Assembly: GCA_048394785.1 (NCBI GenBank)
Contig: DBFJGL010000056.1
Location: forward strand, 1-61,740
Source of the DNA: Christensenellales bacterium
Lineage (GTDB): Bacteria > Bacillota > Clostridia > Christensenellales > CAG-917
Length of the DNA: 61,740 nt
Direction: 5' to 3'
A program made the translations under genes and the position numbers. This document shows, piece after piece, positions 44,154 to 53,380 of the stretch (position 1 is its first letter; every line of letters starts with the position of its first letter). The notes under the pieces were generated by a model. The model had not been told where the DNA came from and did no database searches. It saw only the letters and a list, made by a program, of their open reading frames with translations.

Positions 44154-46729
44154 GATTGATACCACGAAACACAAAGGTCAAGACCAGCTTTTACAAGGGC
44201 GTGACCGTACTCGACATCGTTCTCGGCATTATTGCTTTGGGACTTGTCGCGCTCGCCCTTGCAAGCAACCTTGCCTACAAATACCTGATTGCGCTCGGCA
44301 TCGTCTGCGTATTCATTCCGCTGTTCATCCCCGTGGGCGAAGACCGCATTTACAAGTGCGCGCTCTATATGGCAAAACACCTTTTCAGCCGAAAGAAATA
44401 CAGAGCGGACGGCAAGGACGCGGCCAACATTCAAAGCATAATCCCCTACGAGAAAATAGACGGAAGCTGCATCGTACACAAGGACGGAAACCTGACGGGC
44501 GTAATCGAAATCAAGCCCATAGAGTTCCGTCTGCTCGGCGGAAGCAAACAGAACTACCTGATCGACGGCGTACTCACAAACGCGCTCACTTGCGTGGGCG
44601 TCGGGCAACAGGCAGCCATCGTCAAGCTCGAAAAACCGCTCGATTTCGACAAGCACATTCAGTCGGATCTCAACAAAATCGTCGCGCTTGCCGACGCGCA
44701 GGAACAGGGCGCGCTATCGCTCGAAGAATACCGGGCGAGAATCGACGTAATCGAAGACCGGCTCGCGCTTGTGGATACGCTCAACACAGATAGGCAAATC
44801 CATTACAGCTGCTACTACATAACCGTGACAGACAGGAACAAAACAAGCCTTATGGCTACGCTCTCGGTTATGCGCGGCACGCTCGTTTCGGGCAGCATTG
44901 AAGCGCGCATTCTCGAAGGCGAAAAGCTGAAAGATTTTATCGCTTTGAGCAAGAAACTCGAACCGTCGGACGCGCTCGCCGCCCCCAAAGAGGTTTCGTT
45001 CCGACTTACAAGCACGGTACAGGACGACTTGCAGCTCTCGCACTTTGTCATTGCCGGGTATCCCTTAAAGGTACCCAACGCTTGGGGCGAAGAACTGTTC
45101 GACTTGCCGAATACGAAGGTCGTTATGAAGCTGAAACCCGTCGAAAAGTCCAAAGCCTTGAAACGCATCGACAACGCCATTATGGAACTATCCACGCAAG
45201 CCAAAGGCAAAGCGAGCAAGATCATCGACAAGACCACGCACGTCGAAACGCTTTCCGGCCTGCTCGTGCGGTTGCAGAACGACAACGAGGTTCTGTTCGA
45301 CACGACCTTTATCATCACCGCCTACGACGGGAAGGGCAAGACGGACAACAAAAAGGCGGTCAAGCGTAAAATACGCGAACTCGGTTTTACGTCGGCGGAT
45401 ATGTTCGGGCGGCAGACGGACGCGTATCTGACGAGCGAACTGACCGACTACGATGCCGTGAAAATCTCGCGCGGGATACAATCTTCGTCCATTGCGGCGT
45501 GTTTCCCGTTCGTGTCCAACGCCATCGACGACAAGAACGGAATCCTGCTCGGCGAAAACAAACTGCCCGCGTTCGTGGACTTTTTCAAGCGGAACTCGGA
45601 ATACGTCAACTCGAATATGGTCGTTATCGGCAAGAGCGGCAGCGGCAAGTCCTATGCCGCCAAAACCTTGCTCACGCACTTTTCGACCTGCAACGCAAAA
45701 ATCTTCATTCTCGATCCCGAAGGCGAATATTTGAGCCTTGCGAAAAACCTGCACGGCAAAGTGTTGGACGTAGCGTCAAGCAAGCACGGCAAACTCAATC
45801 CGTTTCACATCATTGCGGCGCTCGACGACGAGAACGACGACGGCACGAAGAACAGCTTTTTTACGCACCTGCAATTTTTGGAAGAATTTTATCGCCTGAT
45901 CCTTTCGGGTATCAATGCGGACAGTCTGGAACTACTCAACAAGCTCACGGTCGAACTGTACGAACGAAAAGGCATTACGCCGCTGACCGACCTTTCGACA
46001 TTATCGCCGGACGATTATCCTATCTTCGACGATCTTGCGGGGCTGATCGAAGAAAAGCTCGCCCGCGCGAATGACGACTACAACCGCGCGTGTCTGAAAG
46101 TGATTGAGAACTACGTTGCAAAGTTTAAGTCGGGCGGCAGAAATTCCAACCTGTGGAACGGCGCGTCCGGCTTTGAAACGGACGAAAACTTTGTCTGTTT
46201 CGATTTTCAGAAACTGCTCGCCAACAAGAACGGGCAGATCGCCAATGCGCAAATGCTTTTGGTTTTGAAATATCTCGAAAACGAAGTCATCAAGAACCGC
46301 GACTACAATCTTCTGCACGGTGCCGACCGCAAAATCATTGTCGTTGTGGACGAGGCGCATTTGTTCATTGACGAGAAGTACCCGATTGCGCTCGATTTTA
46401 TGTATCAACTCGCCAAGCGTATCCGCAAGTACAACGGTATGGAAATCGTGATTACGCAGTCTATCAAGGACTTTGCGGGAACGCCCGACACGGCAAGAAA
46501 GTCTATGGCGATTATAAGCGTGTCGCAATACTCGCTTATCTTCCCGCTCTCGCCCGGCGATATGAACGATTTATGCGCGCTCTACGAAAAAGCGGGACAG
46601 ATCAACGAAGTCGAAGCGGACAATATCGTACACAACGAGCGCGGCTGTGCGTTCTTAATCAGTTCGCCCGAAAGCCGCACGAATATCCGCATTGTGGCGA
46701 CGCCGTACTTTGAAAAACTGTTCGGTTAA
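44150..46729 (+). CDS. VirB4-like conjugal transfer ATPase
   Basis: 859 aa with two N-terminal TM helices, Walker A VIGKSGSGKSYAAK and Walker B IIVVVDEAHLF. Confidence 0.88.
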   Translation: MRLIPRNTKVKTSFYKGVTVLDIVLGIIALGLVALALASNLAYKYLIALGIVCVFIPLFIPVGEDRIYKCALYMAKHLFSRKKYRADGKDAANIQSIIPYEKIDGSCIVHKDGNLTGVIEIKPIEFRLLGGSKQNYLIDGVLTNALTCVGVGQQAAIVKLEKPLDFDKHIQSDLNKIVALADAQEQGALSLEEYRARIDVIEDRLALVDTLNTDRQIHYSCYYITVTDRNKTSLMATLSVMRGTLVSGSIEARILEGEKLKDFIALSKKLEPSDALAAPKEVSFRLTSTVQDDLQLSHFVIAGYPLKVPNAWGEELFDLPNTKVVMKLKPVEKSKALKRIDNAIMELSTQAKGKASKIIDKTTHVETLSGLLVRLQNDNEVLFDTTFIITAYDGKGKTDNKKAVKRKIRELGFTSADMFGRQTDAYLTSELTDYDAVKISRGIQSSSIAACFPFVSNAIDDKNGILLGENKLPAFVDFFKRNSEYVNSNMVVIGKSGSGKSYAAKTLLTHFSTCNAKIFILDPEGEYLSLAKNLHGKVLDVASSKHGKLNPFHIIAALDDENDDGTKNSFFTHLQFLEEFYRLILSGINADSLELLNKLTVELYERKGITPLTDLSTLSPDDYPIFDDLAGLIEEKLARANDDYNRACLKVIENYVAKFKSGGRNSNLWNGASGFETDENFVCFDFQKLLANKNGQIANAQMLLVLKYLENEVIKNRDYNLLHGADRKIIVVVDEAHLFIDEKYPIALDFMYQLAKRIRKYNGMEIVITQSIKDFAGTPDTARKSMAIISVSQYSLIFPLSPGDMNDLCALYEKAGQINEVEADNIVHNERGCAFLISSPESRTNIRIVATPYFEKLFG

Positions 46730-46740
46730 GGAGGACGGCT

Positions 46741-46983
46741 ATGGAACGCAAAGTATTGGCATACCGCCACAGTCAAGAAGTGGACGGATGCAGAGCGGAA
46801 AAAGAAGAAGTAAGCATCGTGGACAGCCGAACGGAAAACGGCGTGACGACGTATATCGTCCGCACGCAGGACGGCATTGAGTGTACCGCTATTTATAATA
46901 TTTTTACGGGTGCTTTCTATGCGGACGACGTTTACGGCGTAATCGAACCAAACGCGCGCAAGAGCCGCGGCTTTGAAATGTAA
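46741..46983 (+). CDS. hypothetical protein
   Basis: 80-aa ORF in the operon frame pattern. No motif recognised. Confidence 0.5.
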   Translation: MERKVLAYRHSQEVDGCRAEKEEVSIVDSRTENGVTTYIVRTQDGIECTAIYNIFTGAFYADDVYGVIEPNARKSRGFEM

Positions 46984-47004
46984 AAAATAAAGGAGACTAA
47001 AAAA

Positions 47005-47994
47005 ATGGAACAGAAACTCAAATACAACCCCGAAGAAATGCTCGCTCAAGCGGACGAGGCGTTTGTCAAATGGATGAAAAACGAGCGTTATACCGACCTT
47101 ATGGAAGTCATGCCCACGCTCGGCAAATACTCTCTGCGCAATCAAATGCTCGTGATGATGCAGAACCCCGACGCCACCAACGTCAACAAAATGAACGGCT
47201 GGAACTACAAGCGCCGGCACGTTATCAAGGATTCCAAACCCATCCGCATCGTCGCGCCCAAGTTCGCCACGCAAGTTTCTACCGATAAGGACGGCAATAT
47301 CACGGAAAAGACGCTCGATACCGTTACCGGCTACGAGATAAGTTTCGTGTACGACATTGCCCAGACGGACGGCGAACCGGTCAAAGAAGTGTTTGCAGAC
47401 GAAGGTACCGCGCTCGAACACTACGATGTCGTGAAAGCCGCGCTCGAAGGCTCGGTCAAGGGCTTTGCGTTCAAAACCCACGAACCTGCGGAAGACGAAA
47501 GCTACGGCGTACTCGACACGCTCAACAACACCATCTCTCTGCGCGCCGACCTTTCCAAACAGGACGCTTTGCGCACGCTCGTCCAGCAGGTCGCAACCGC
47601 CAACGTTCTGATGCGCGGACAGTATTCCAAAGGACTTTCCCCCAGCGATATGGGCAATATCCGCAGCGTGGAAGCCAGCGCCGTGACATACGCCGTGTGC
47701 AAGCGGTTAAACTTGGGCGAAACGACGTATGCCGTTCCCGATTTCGACGGAATGAGCGATAAGAGCATTTCCAGATTTGCGGAAAATATCGGGACGATCC
47801 GTTCTATTTCCCAGCGCATTATCAACGCGGCGGAAGGCGCGGTATCCAAAGAACTGTACGAACAGGCGCAAAAGCTCGCAGAGAAAGAAAATGCGGAAGC
47901 CAAGCCCGAAGTGGCGGACGTTAAACAGACGGTGCAGCAATCGGTAAAACGTACCAAAGCGACGCAGAAAACCAAGACGGAGGTGGCAATGTGA
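47005..47994 (+). CDS. ArdC-like ssDNA-binding antirestriction protein (N-terminal domain only)
   Basis: KYSLRNQMLVMMQNPDATNVNKMNGWNYKRRHVIKDSKPIRIVAP matches the ArdC N-terminal (DUF1738) pattern. No HExxH protease motif is seen. Confidence 0.7.
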   Translation: MEQKLKYNPEEMLAQADEAFVKWMKNERYTDLMEVMPTLGKYSLRNQMLVMMQNPDATNVNKMNGWNYKRRHVIKDSKPIRIVAPKFATQVSTDKDGNITEKTLDTVTGYEISFVYDIAQTDGEPVKEVFADEGTALEHYDVVKAALEGSVKGFAFKTHEPAEDESYGVLDTLNNTISLRADLSKQDALRTLVQQVATANVLMRGQYSKGLSPSDMGNIRSVEASAVTYAVCKRLNLGETTYAVPDFDGMSDKSISRFAENIGTIRSISQRIINAAEGAVSKELYEQAQKLAEKENAEAKPEVADVKQTVQQSVKRTKATQKTKTEVAM

Positions 47995-48233
47995 TTTGCG
48001 GTGAAATCGTACCTATTATCGAAGTCGTTGATTTTAAGAGCAAAGACGAGCTCTTGAAGAAACTGCGCGAGATGCGCGACGCAACCGTCAAACTCTCGCC
48101 TGCGGACAGGCGGATCGTCAAGCAAATGCTCGGCATCGCCATTCAGGAAGTCTGCTATACGTCGGAATACGAACTGCTGCGCTTTAAGGGCTATACCGAC
48201 TACAAAAAACACAAGAACAAGGAGACCGTATGA
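47991..48233 (+). CDS. hypothetical protein
   Basis: 80 aa with a GTG start that overlaps the upstream stop. Confidence 0.45.
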   Translation: MICGEIVPIIEVVDFKSKDELLKKLREMRDATVKLSPADRRIVKQMLGIAIQEVCYTSEYELLRFKGYTDYKKHKNKETV

Positions 48234-48673
48234 ACAACGAACAACTCAATGAAATCTTTGAAGAAGCCGAACGCGACGGTAAACTCGTTGCGGTCGTAAA
48301 ACAGCCCTACAAAAATCCCGAAGCGGTCGCCATCGACAAAGGATATAAAGAGATACAAAAACTTGTCGGCGGCACGTTCGACGTTGCCGACTTGCCGGAC
48401 TTTGATGACATACACGGTTTCTGTAACGACGAAGGACTGCTGATCGGGTTGGAACCGAACTTTTATCGCCCCGAATGGAAAGACGCAATCGTCGGACCGG
48501 CCGTATTTCTCGGCGCGAGAAACGACGGCGAAAGCATCAGTCTTTCCCGCGAACAGGTCAAAAAGGTTACGGATTATCTCGACACGCACAGGGTAAACGA
48601 CTTCGGCGAATTTTATATGAACATTCAGACGGACTTTGCGCATTACAAGCCCAAAAAGCAAGCCGCAATGTGA
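48230..48673 (+). CDS. DUF3846 domain protein
   Basis: PYKNPEAVAIDKGYKEIQKLVGGTFDV...FCNDEGLLIGLEPN fits the DUF3846 pattern common on Firmicute ICEs and plasmids. Confidence 0.65.
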   Translation: MNNEQLNEIFEEAERDGKLVAVVKQPYKNPEAVAIDKGYKEIQKLVGGTFDVADLPDFDDIHGFCNDEGLLIGLEPNFYRPEWKDAIVGPAVFLGARNDGESISLSREQVKKVTDYLDTHRVNDFGEFYMNIQTDFAHYKPKKQAAM

Positions 48674-48682
48674 GGTAAGCCT

Positions 48683-49267
48683 ATGAACGTAAAACACGAC
48701 GGATTGACCTTGCACGTCGAACCCGACTACAATCCCCCGAACCCGCGCACACAAGACGACCATCTCGGCACGATGCTTTGCTGGCACAGGGATTACATAT
48801 TCGGCGACCACAACCGATATAAAACCCCCGAAGATTTCCATACCAGCGAGGAAGCGAAGCGTATCTACGTTTCTTTGCCCGTGTATATGCTCGACCATTC
48901 GGGGACGTTTCTTTCGACCAAAGGCTTTGCCGACGTCGATCCCGACCGTTGGGACTGGGGACAGCTCGGTCTTATTTACTGCACCGAAGAAGCCGCGAAA
49001 AAATGGTACGGCTATCTGCCGGATAAAGCGGAACTGTACCGCCAGCTAAGCAGCGAAGTCGAATGTTACAACGACTATCTCAACGGCTCGTGGTATGAGT
49101 TCTATATCGAAGGAAAGAACGGCGAAATAGAAGAATCGTGCGGCGGATTTTATCAGGACGAAGGCTTTACCGAGCTTCTCGGATATATGAAAGAATACGT
49201 CGAAAGCGACTACCATCCGCTGTTTGACAAGCTCGCCGCCAAAGCAGAAAAACAGGCGTATATGTGA
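48683..49267 (+). CDS. hypothetical protein
   Basis: 194-aa ORF with no recognisable motif. Confidence 0.55.
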   Translation: MNVKHDGLTLHVEPDYNPPNPRTQDDHLGTMLCWHRDYIFGDHNRYKTPEDFHTSEEAKRIYVSLPVYMLDHSGTFLSTKGFADVDPDRWDWGQLGLIYCTEEAAKKWYGYLPDKAELYRQLSSEVECYNDYLNGSWYEFYIEGKNGEIEESCGGFYQDEGFTELLGYMKEYVESDYHPLFDKLAAKAEKQAYM

Positions 49268-49275
49268 GGTCAACA

Positions 49276-49596
49276 ATGACGGAAAAACAATATCTTTTGA
49301 CCGAGCGTATGGAAGACGAATACACGGATTACATTGACAGCTTGCTCGGCGAACACAAGCAGATCATTATCTCAATGAGCGACAAGACGACGTTTTTTGC
49401 GAATATGCTTGCGCATATCAAGGAGCGCGAACTGCCGCTCTCGCAAATCAATGCGCTTTGCGAAACGGATACACCGCTGAACGACTTGTATCTCTGTTTT
49501 ATGAACAACAACGAGGATTACTTGCAGCGAGCGAATACGGCGGTCAAGGTGCTTTATCAGTTTGCCAAAGAGCAAAGAACACAAAATCAAATGTAA
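49276..49596 (+). CDS. hypothetical protein
   Basis: ATG 49276 is preceded by GAGG. The track ORF begins at GTG 49264. Confidence 0.5.
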   Translation: MTEKQYLLTERMEDEYTDYIDSLLGEHKQIIISMSDKTTFFANMLAHIKERELPLSQINALCETDTPLNDLYLCFMNNNEDYLQRANTAVKVLYQFAKEQRTQNQM

Positions 49597-49610
49597 CGGG
49601 AGGAAAAAGT

Positions 49611-50393
49611 ATGCCGAATTGGATATGCAATCATTTAACCATCGAAGGCGAAAACGCCCTCGAAGTATTCCGCTCTCTGCTCGTCGAAAACGAGGACAGC
49701 GACTACGGATACGACCTTGATTTTAACAAGATCACGCCTATGCCCGAAGAACTGAATATTGTGAGCGGAAGCATAACAAGGAGCTGCGCCGGACTTTACA
49801 TAAACGCTATGCAGGAGGGCTGCGACGCTTACAAAAAGTATGCCGCGCTGTATGTTCAGTCTTTTGGGAAAGACCTTGCTATGAGTGAAAGCGAACAAGC
49901 GAAAACAATGGAATCCGCCCTATCCCATAAGGACTTTGAAACGAAACAGCCTATGTTCAGAACCAAAGCCGACGTGTACGCCTACGGCAAAAAGGCTTTG
50001 GATAACTACGAAAAGCACGGCGCGAAAGATTGGTATGACTGGTGCTGGGAGCATTGGGGTACGAAATGGAACGCCTGCGATACGCAAATCAACGACATCG
50101 ATAAGGCGAACGTCTATTTCAATACCGCTTGGAGTCCGCCGATTCCTGTTCTCGATACCCTTTCCAAACGGTATCCGAAACTGACTTTTGAATATGAGTT
50201 TGCGGACGAGGATACGAGCTATCACACGGGCGATATGACGATCCGAAACGGTGAAATCATTGCGGGCGGTTTTCTCGAAGACGGCAGCAAAGAAGCCTAC
50301 GAAACTTATTTCCGGCTTTGGGGCGGCGAAACCGATTATCGCTTTAATACAAAGACGGGTAAATACGAATCCATCGATGAGGAGGTTATGTAA
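49611..50393 (+). CDS. DUF1281-like (Api92-like ferredoxin-fold) protein
   Basis: Starts MPNWICNHLTIEGENA, with WGTKWNACDT and FNTAWSPP blocks. The ATG is preceded by GGGAGG. The upstream part of the track ORF (49458-) overlaps the preceding gene. Confidence 0.45.
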   Translation: MPNWICNHLTIEGENALEVFRSLLVENEDSDYGYDLDFNKITPMPEELNIVSGSITRSCAGLYINAMQEGCDAYKKYAALYVQSFGKDLAMSESEQAKTMESALSHKDFETKQPMFRTKADVYAYGKKALDNYEKHGAKDWYDWCWEHWGTKWNACDTQINDIDKANVYFNTAWSPPIPVLDTLSKRYPKLTFEYEFADEDTSYHTGDMTIRNGEIIAGGFLEDGSKEAYETYFRLWGGETDYRFNTKTGKYESIDEEVM

Positions 50394-50933
50394 ATGAGTA
50401 CAAGAAGTTTTATCTGCGTAGAACAGGACGACGGCAGCTATAAAGGCGTGTATTGCCACAGCGACGGGTATCTTACCTATAACGGCGCAATGCTCATAGA
50501 CCATTACAACAGCCGTGAAAAAGCCAACGAAATCCTTGCGCTCGGCGATTTGTCATTGCTTTGCGAAAAGCTCTACCCCGATCCCGACAAGCCGCACTCT
50601 TTCGATTTCGACCAGCGTCAGCATGACGTAACCGTTGCCTACGGCAGAGACCGCGGCGAAAAAGACACGGAAGCAAGAACGGTTACGCCCGAATCGGCTT
50701 TGAAATCGTGGGGCGAATATCTGTACGTTTTCGGTAAAGACGGGAAATGGAGCTATTACGATTTATGTGCGGACAACCCCGAACTGCGGGACGTGCAGGA
50801 AGATTTGGACGCCGAATACAAAAGTATGGAAATTGAACGGCCGCAAGACTTTTACGGCTACTTTTCGCAAGCGGCCATAGATCGGATCAAAGCCGAACAA
50901 GCGCAAATGAAAAAAAGCGAGGTCGTGATGTGA
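50394..50933 (+). CDS. hypothetical protein
   Basis: 179 aa. The ATG directly abuts the upstream TAA. Confidence 0.55.
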   Translation: MSTRSFICVEQDDGSYKGVYCHSDGYLTYNGAMLIDHYNSREKANEILALGDLSLLCEKLYPDPDKPHSFDFDQRQHDVTVAYGRDRGEKDTEARTVTPESALKSWGEYLYVFGKDGKWSYYDLCADNPELRDVQEDLDAEYKSMEIERPQDFYGYFSQAAIDRIKAEQAQMKKSEVVM

Positions 50934-51265
50934 TGAAGTCGTATAAAGAGCAATTTCTCGGCAATCTCGACGCCGAGATAACCGAGTTTCGGGAACAATC
51001 GCTCAAACAATCGCCCAAAGCAATTTACGACGACGCAAACCGTATCTGTTTCTACGAGTTTATGGACGACTACTTGCGGTGGGAAAATTTCAAAACCCAA
51101 GAGTACAGATTGTTTCTGCAATCGGATACGAATTTTATCTATAACCTGTGGCGGGAATCGCTGAAATGGGACGATTTCAACAACGGTAGCGTGACGGACG
51201 CGTCCTGCCTTGTGGATACCTATATTCGGGATTGCACGGCGAACCCCGTTCCGCATTGTATGTGA
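50930..51265 (+). CDS. hypothetical protein
   Basis: 111 aa with a GTG/ATG start overlapping the upstream stop. Confidence 0.5.
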   Translation: MMKSYKEQFLGNLDAEITEFREQSLKQSPKAIYDDANRICFYEFMDDYLRWENFKTQEYRLFLQSDTNFIYNLWRESLKWDDFNNGSVTDASCLVDTYIRDCTANPVPHCM

Positions 51266-51271
51266 GGCGTT

Positions 51272-52021
51272 ATGCTGAAAGTCAATCACATTTATCAGAT
51301 GAACTGCCTGCTCGGTATTCAGAAAATGCTCGAACAGAATATGCAGGTCGATTTAATCGTTACCGATCCGCCGTATTTCATCAAGTCCACGAAAGCGGGC
51401 GGAAAAAGCGAGCTTGCCCGAAGCATCCAGCCGATGAACGACGAACTTTCCCAAAACAAGCTGACCGGCGGTATCGAGGACGTCTATCTCAAAGCGATGT
51501 GGGACGTAATGAAAGTGCCGAACATTTACATTTGGTGCAACGGCGCGCAAATCCCGCAGTACATAGATTTCTTCGTCAGACAACGCAAGTGCAAAATGGA
51601 CATCATCGTCTGGCGCAAGACCAACGCTACGCCGCTGTTCTGCAACAAGTATCTTTCGGACAAAGAATATTGCCTGTACTTTCGGCGCGGCGCGTACTGC
51701 CAGCCGCCCACCTACGAGCAAGCCAAAACCGTGTACGAGCTGCCTATCAATATCAAGGACAAGCGGTTATACGGACACCCGACAGTTAAGCCTTTGCCCA
51801 TCGTCCGCAATCTCGTGGAAAACAGCTCGAAGGTAGACAATCTCGTATTCGATCCCTTTATGGGCAGCGGTACCACGGCGGTTGCCTGTAAGGAACTCGG
51901 AAGAAACTTTATAGGGTTTGAAATCAACCCGGACTATCATGCGGCGAGCCTAAAAAGGCTCGCCGCTACCATTCCCACGGAGGTGAACAATGAAATATCT
52001 TATCAAAGGCGAGCTGTATGA
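51272..52021 (+). CDS. DNA methyltransferase, N6-adenine/N4-cytosine beta-class
   Basis: The catalytic motif IVTDPPYF is N-terminal and the SAM motif FDPFMGSGTT is C-terminal. This is the beta-class motif order. Confidence 0.85.
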   Translation: MLKVNHIYQMNCLLGIQKMLEQNMQVDLIVTDPPYFIKSTKAGGKSELARSIQPMNDELSQNKLTGGIEDVYLKAMWDVMKVPNIYIWCNGAQIPQYIDFFVRQRKCKMDIIVWRKTNATPLFCNKYLSDKEYCLYFRRGAYCQPPTYEQAKTVYELPINIKDKRLYGHPTVKPLPIVRNLVENSSKVDNLVFDPFMGSGTTAVACKELGRNFIGFEINPDYHAASLKRLAATIPTEVNNEISYQRRAV

Positions 52022-52478
52022 TCCCGTCAAAGTCGGCGATCCCGGCGATTGGGGTTACGGCCATCCGGACGAACATTGCCATGATTGCGGAAGCACATAC
52101 GGCGAAAAACACTTGGACGGCTGCGACGTAGAGCGTTGTCCCGCTTGCGGCACACAGATGTTGTCCTGCGACTGCGGCCCCATATATTCGGTGGAAGACG
52201 ATATTGACGAGCAGACTTTGGAAGAACTGAAAATCGCGCAGCAAAAAGAGCAACTGCGTTGGGACGCTGTTGTTGAGTTCGACCGCAATGCGCCGAACGG
52301 CAATATCTACGCAATCTTGGGCGCGGCGCAAAGGGCTATGCGAAAACAACAACGCATTGCCGATTACAACGAAATGTGGGAGCGCGTACAACTTGCGGAA
52401 AGCTATAACGCTGCGCTGCGCATTATCGACGAATACGTTGCGCTGATAGATACGACCGAACCCCGCAGTCAAATGTAA
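51990..52478 (+). CDS. Cys/His-rich hypothetical protein
   Basis: 162 aa. HCHDCG...HLDGCDVERCPACGTQMLSCDCG suggests metal binding. Overlaps the methyltransferase gene by 32 nt. Confidence 0.5.
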   Translation: MKYLIKGELYDPVKVGDPGDWGYGHPDEHCHDCGSTYGEKHLDGCDVERCPACGTQMLSCDCGPIYSVEDDIDEQTLEELKIAQQKEQLRWDAVVEFDRNAPNGNIYAILGAAQRAMRKQQRIADYNEMWERVQLAESYNAALRIIDEYVALIDTTEPRSQM

Positions 52479-52486
52479 GGTGGGCT

Positions 52487-53368
52487 ATGAATTTCAAGAA
52501 CATTCCCGAAGAACTGCGCGTCTTGCCGAATTGGGCTTGTTATAAGAGCTATCAGGCGAAAGACAGCAAGTACAAGAAAATCATCATCAGCCCGAAGGAC
52601 GGCAAATTCGCAAAAAGCAATGAACCGAATACTTGGGCGGACTTTGAAACGGCAAAGCGGTACTGCCTGCGCTATCGCTATGCCGGGCTTACTTTTGCGC
52701 TCACGAAAGGCATTACCTTTATCGACATCGACCACGCCATCGACAAAGCCACGGGCGAAATCGTATCCCCCGAAGGGCGGCAGCTTTTATCGCTTTTGTC
52801 CGACACCTTTGCCGAGCGCTCGGTCAGCGGTACGGGAATCCATATCCTTGTCAAAGGCAGCCTGCCCGAAAACGCCTTAAAGCGTAACGACGCCAAGGGC
52901 TTGGAAATGTACGATTCTTACCGTTTTATCTGCATGACGGGCGACCTTATTTCTTCCACCGTGCAGCTCAAAGACTGTTCGGACACAATCAAGGAAATCA
53001 ACTACAAATTTATCGGGAAACGAAAGGAATACGCCTCGACATACATACAAGCCACAAAGTCGGACAGCGAACTGCTGGACGCAATCCTGAACTCGCGGCA
53101 AGGCGAGAAATTCCGCCGGCTATACGACGGCGGAATCAACGAGTATCCGTCCCACAGTAACGCGGACTTTGCGCTCTGTTCGATCCTTGCTTGGTGGACG
53201 AGCGACGCGTCGCAGATCGACCGCCTGTTCAGAAACAGCGGACTTTACCGCGACAAGTGGGACAGACATCTCGGCGGATCGACCTACGGTATGATTACCA
53301 TTGAAAACGCTTTACGGTCACAGCCGCCGAGAGTGTTCCGCTTTTCAGGCAATGCCGCGCAAATGTGA
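52487..53368 (+). CDS. archaeo-eukaryotic primase-like (prim-pol) domain protein
   Basis: GITFIDIDHAID is DxD-like and SVSGTGIHILVKG is sGxGxH-like. Both are hallmark AEP prim-pol motifs. No helicase domain is attached. Confidence 0.65.
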   Translation: MNFKNIPEELRVLPNWACYKSYQAKDSKYKKIIISPKDGKFAKSNEPNTWADFETAKRYCLRYRYAGLTFALTKGITFIDIDHAIDKATGEIVSPEGRQLLSLLSDTFAERSVSGTGIHILVKGSLPENALKRNDAKGLEMYDSYRFICMTGDLISSTVQLKDCSDTIKEINYKFIGKRKEYASTYIQATKSDSELLDAILNSRQGEKFRRLYDGGINEYPSHSNADFALCSILAWWTSDASQIDRLFRNSGLYRDKWDRHLGGSTYGMITIENALRSQPPRVFRFSGNAAQM

Positions 53369-53380
53369 CAAGGAGGTTTT

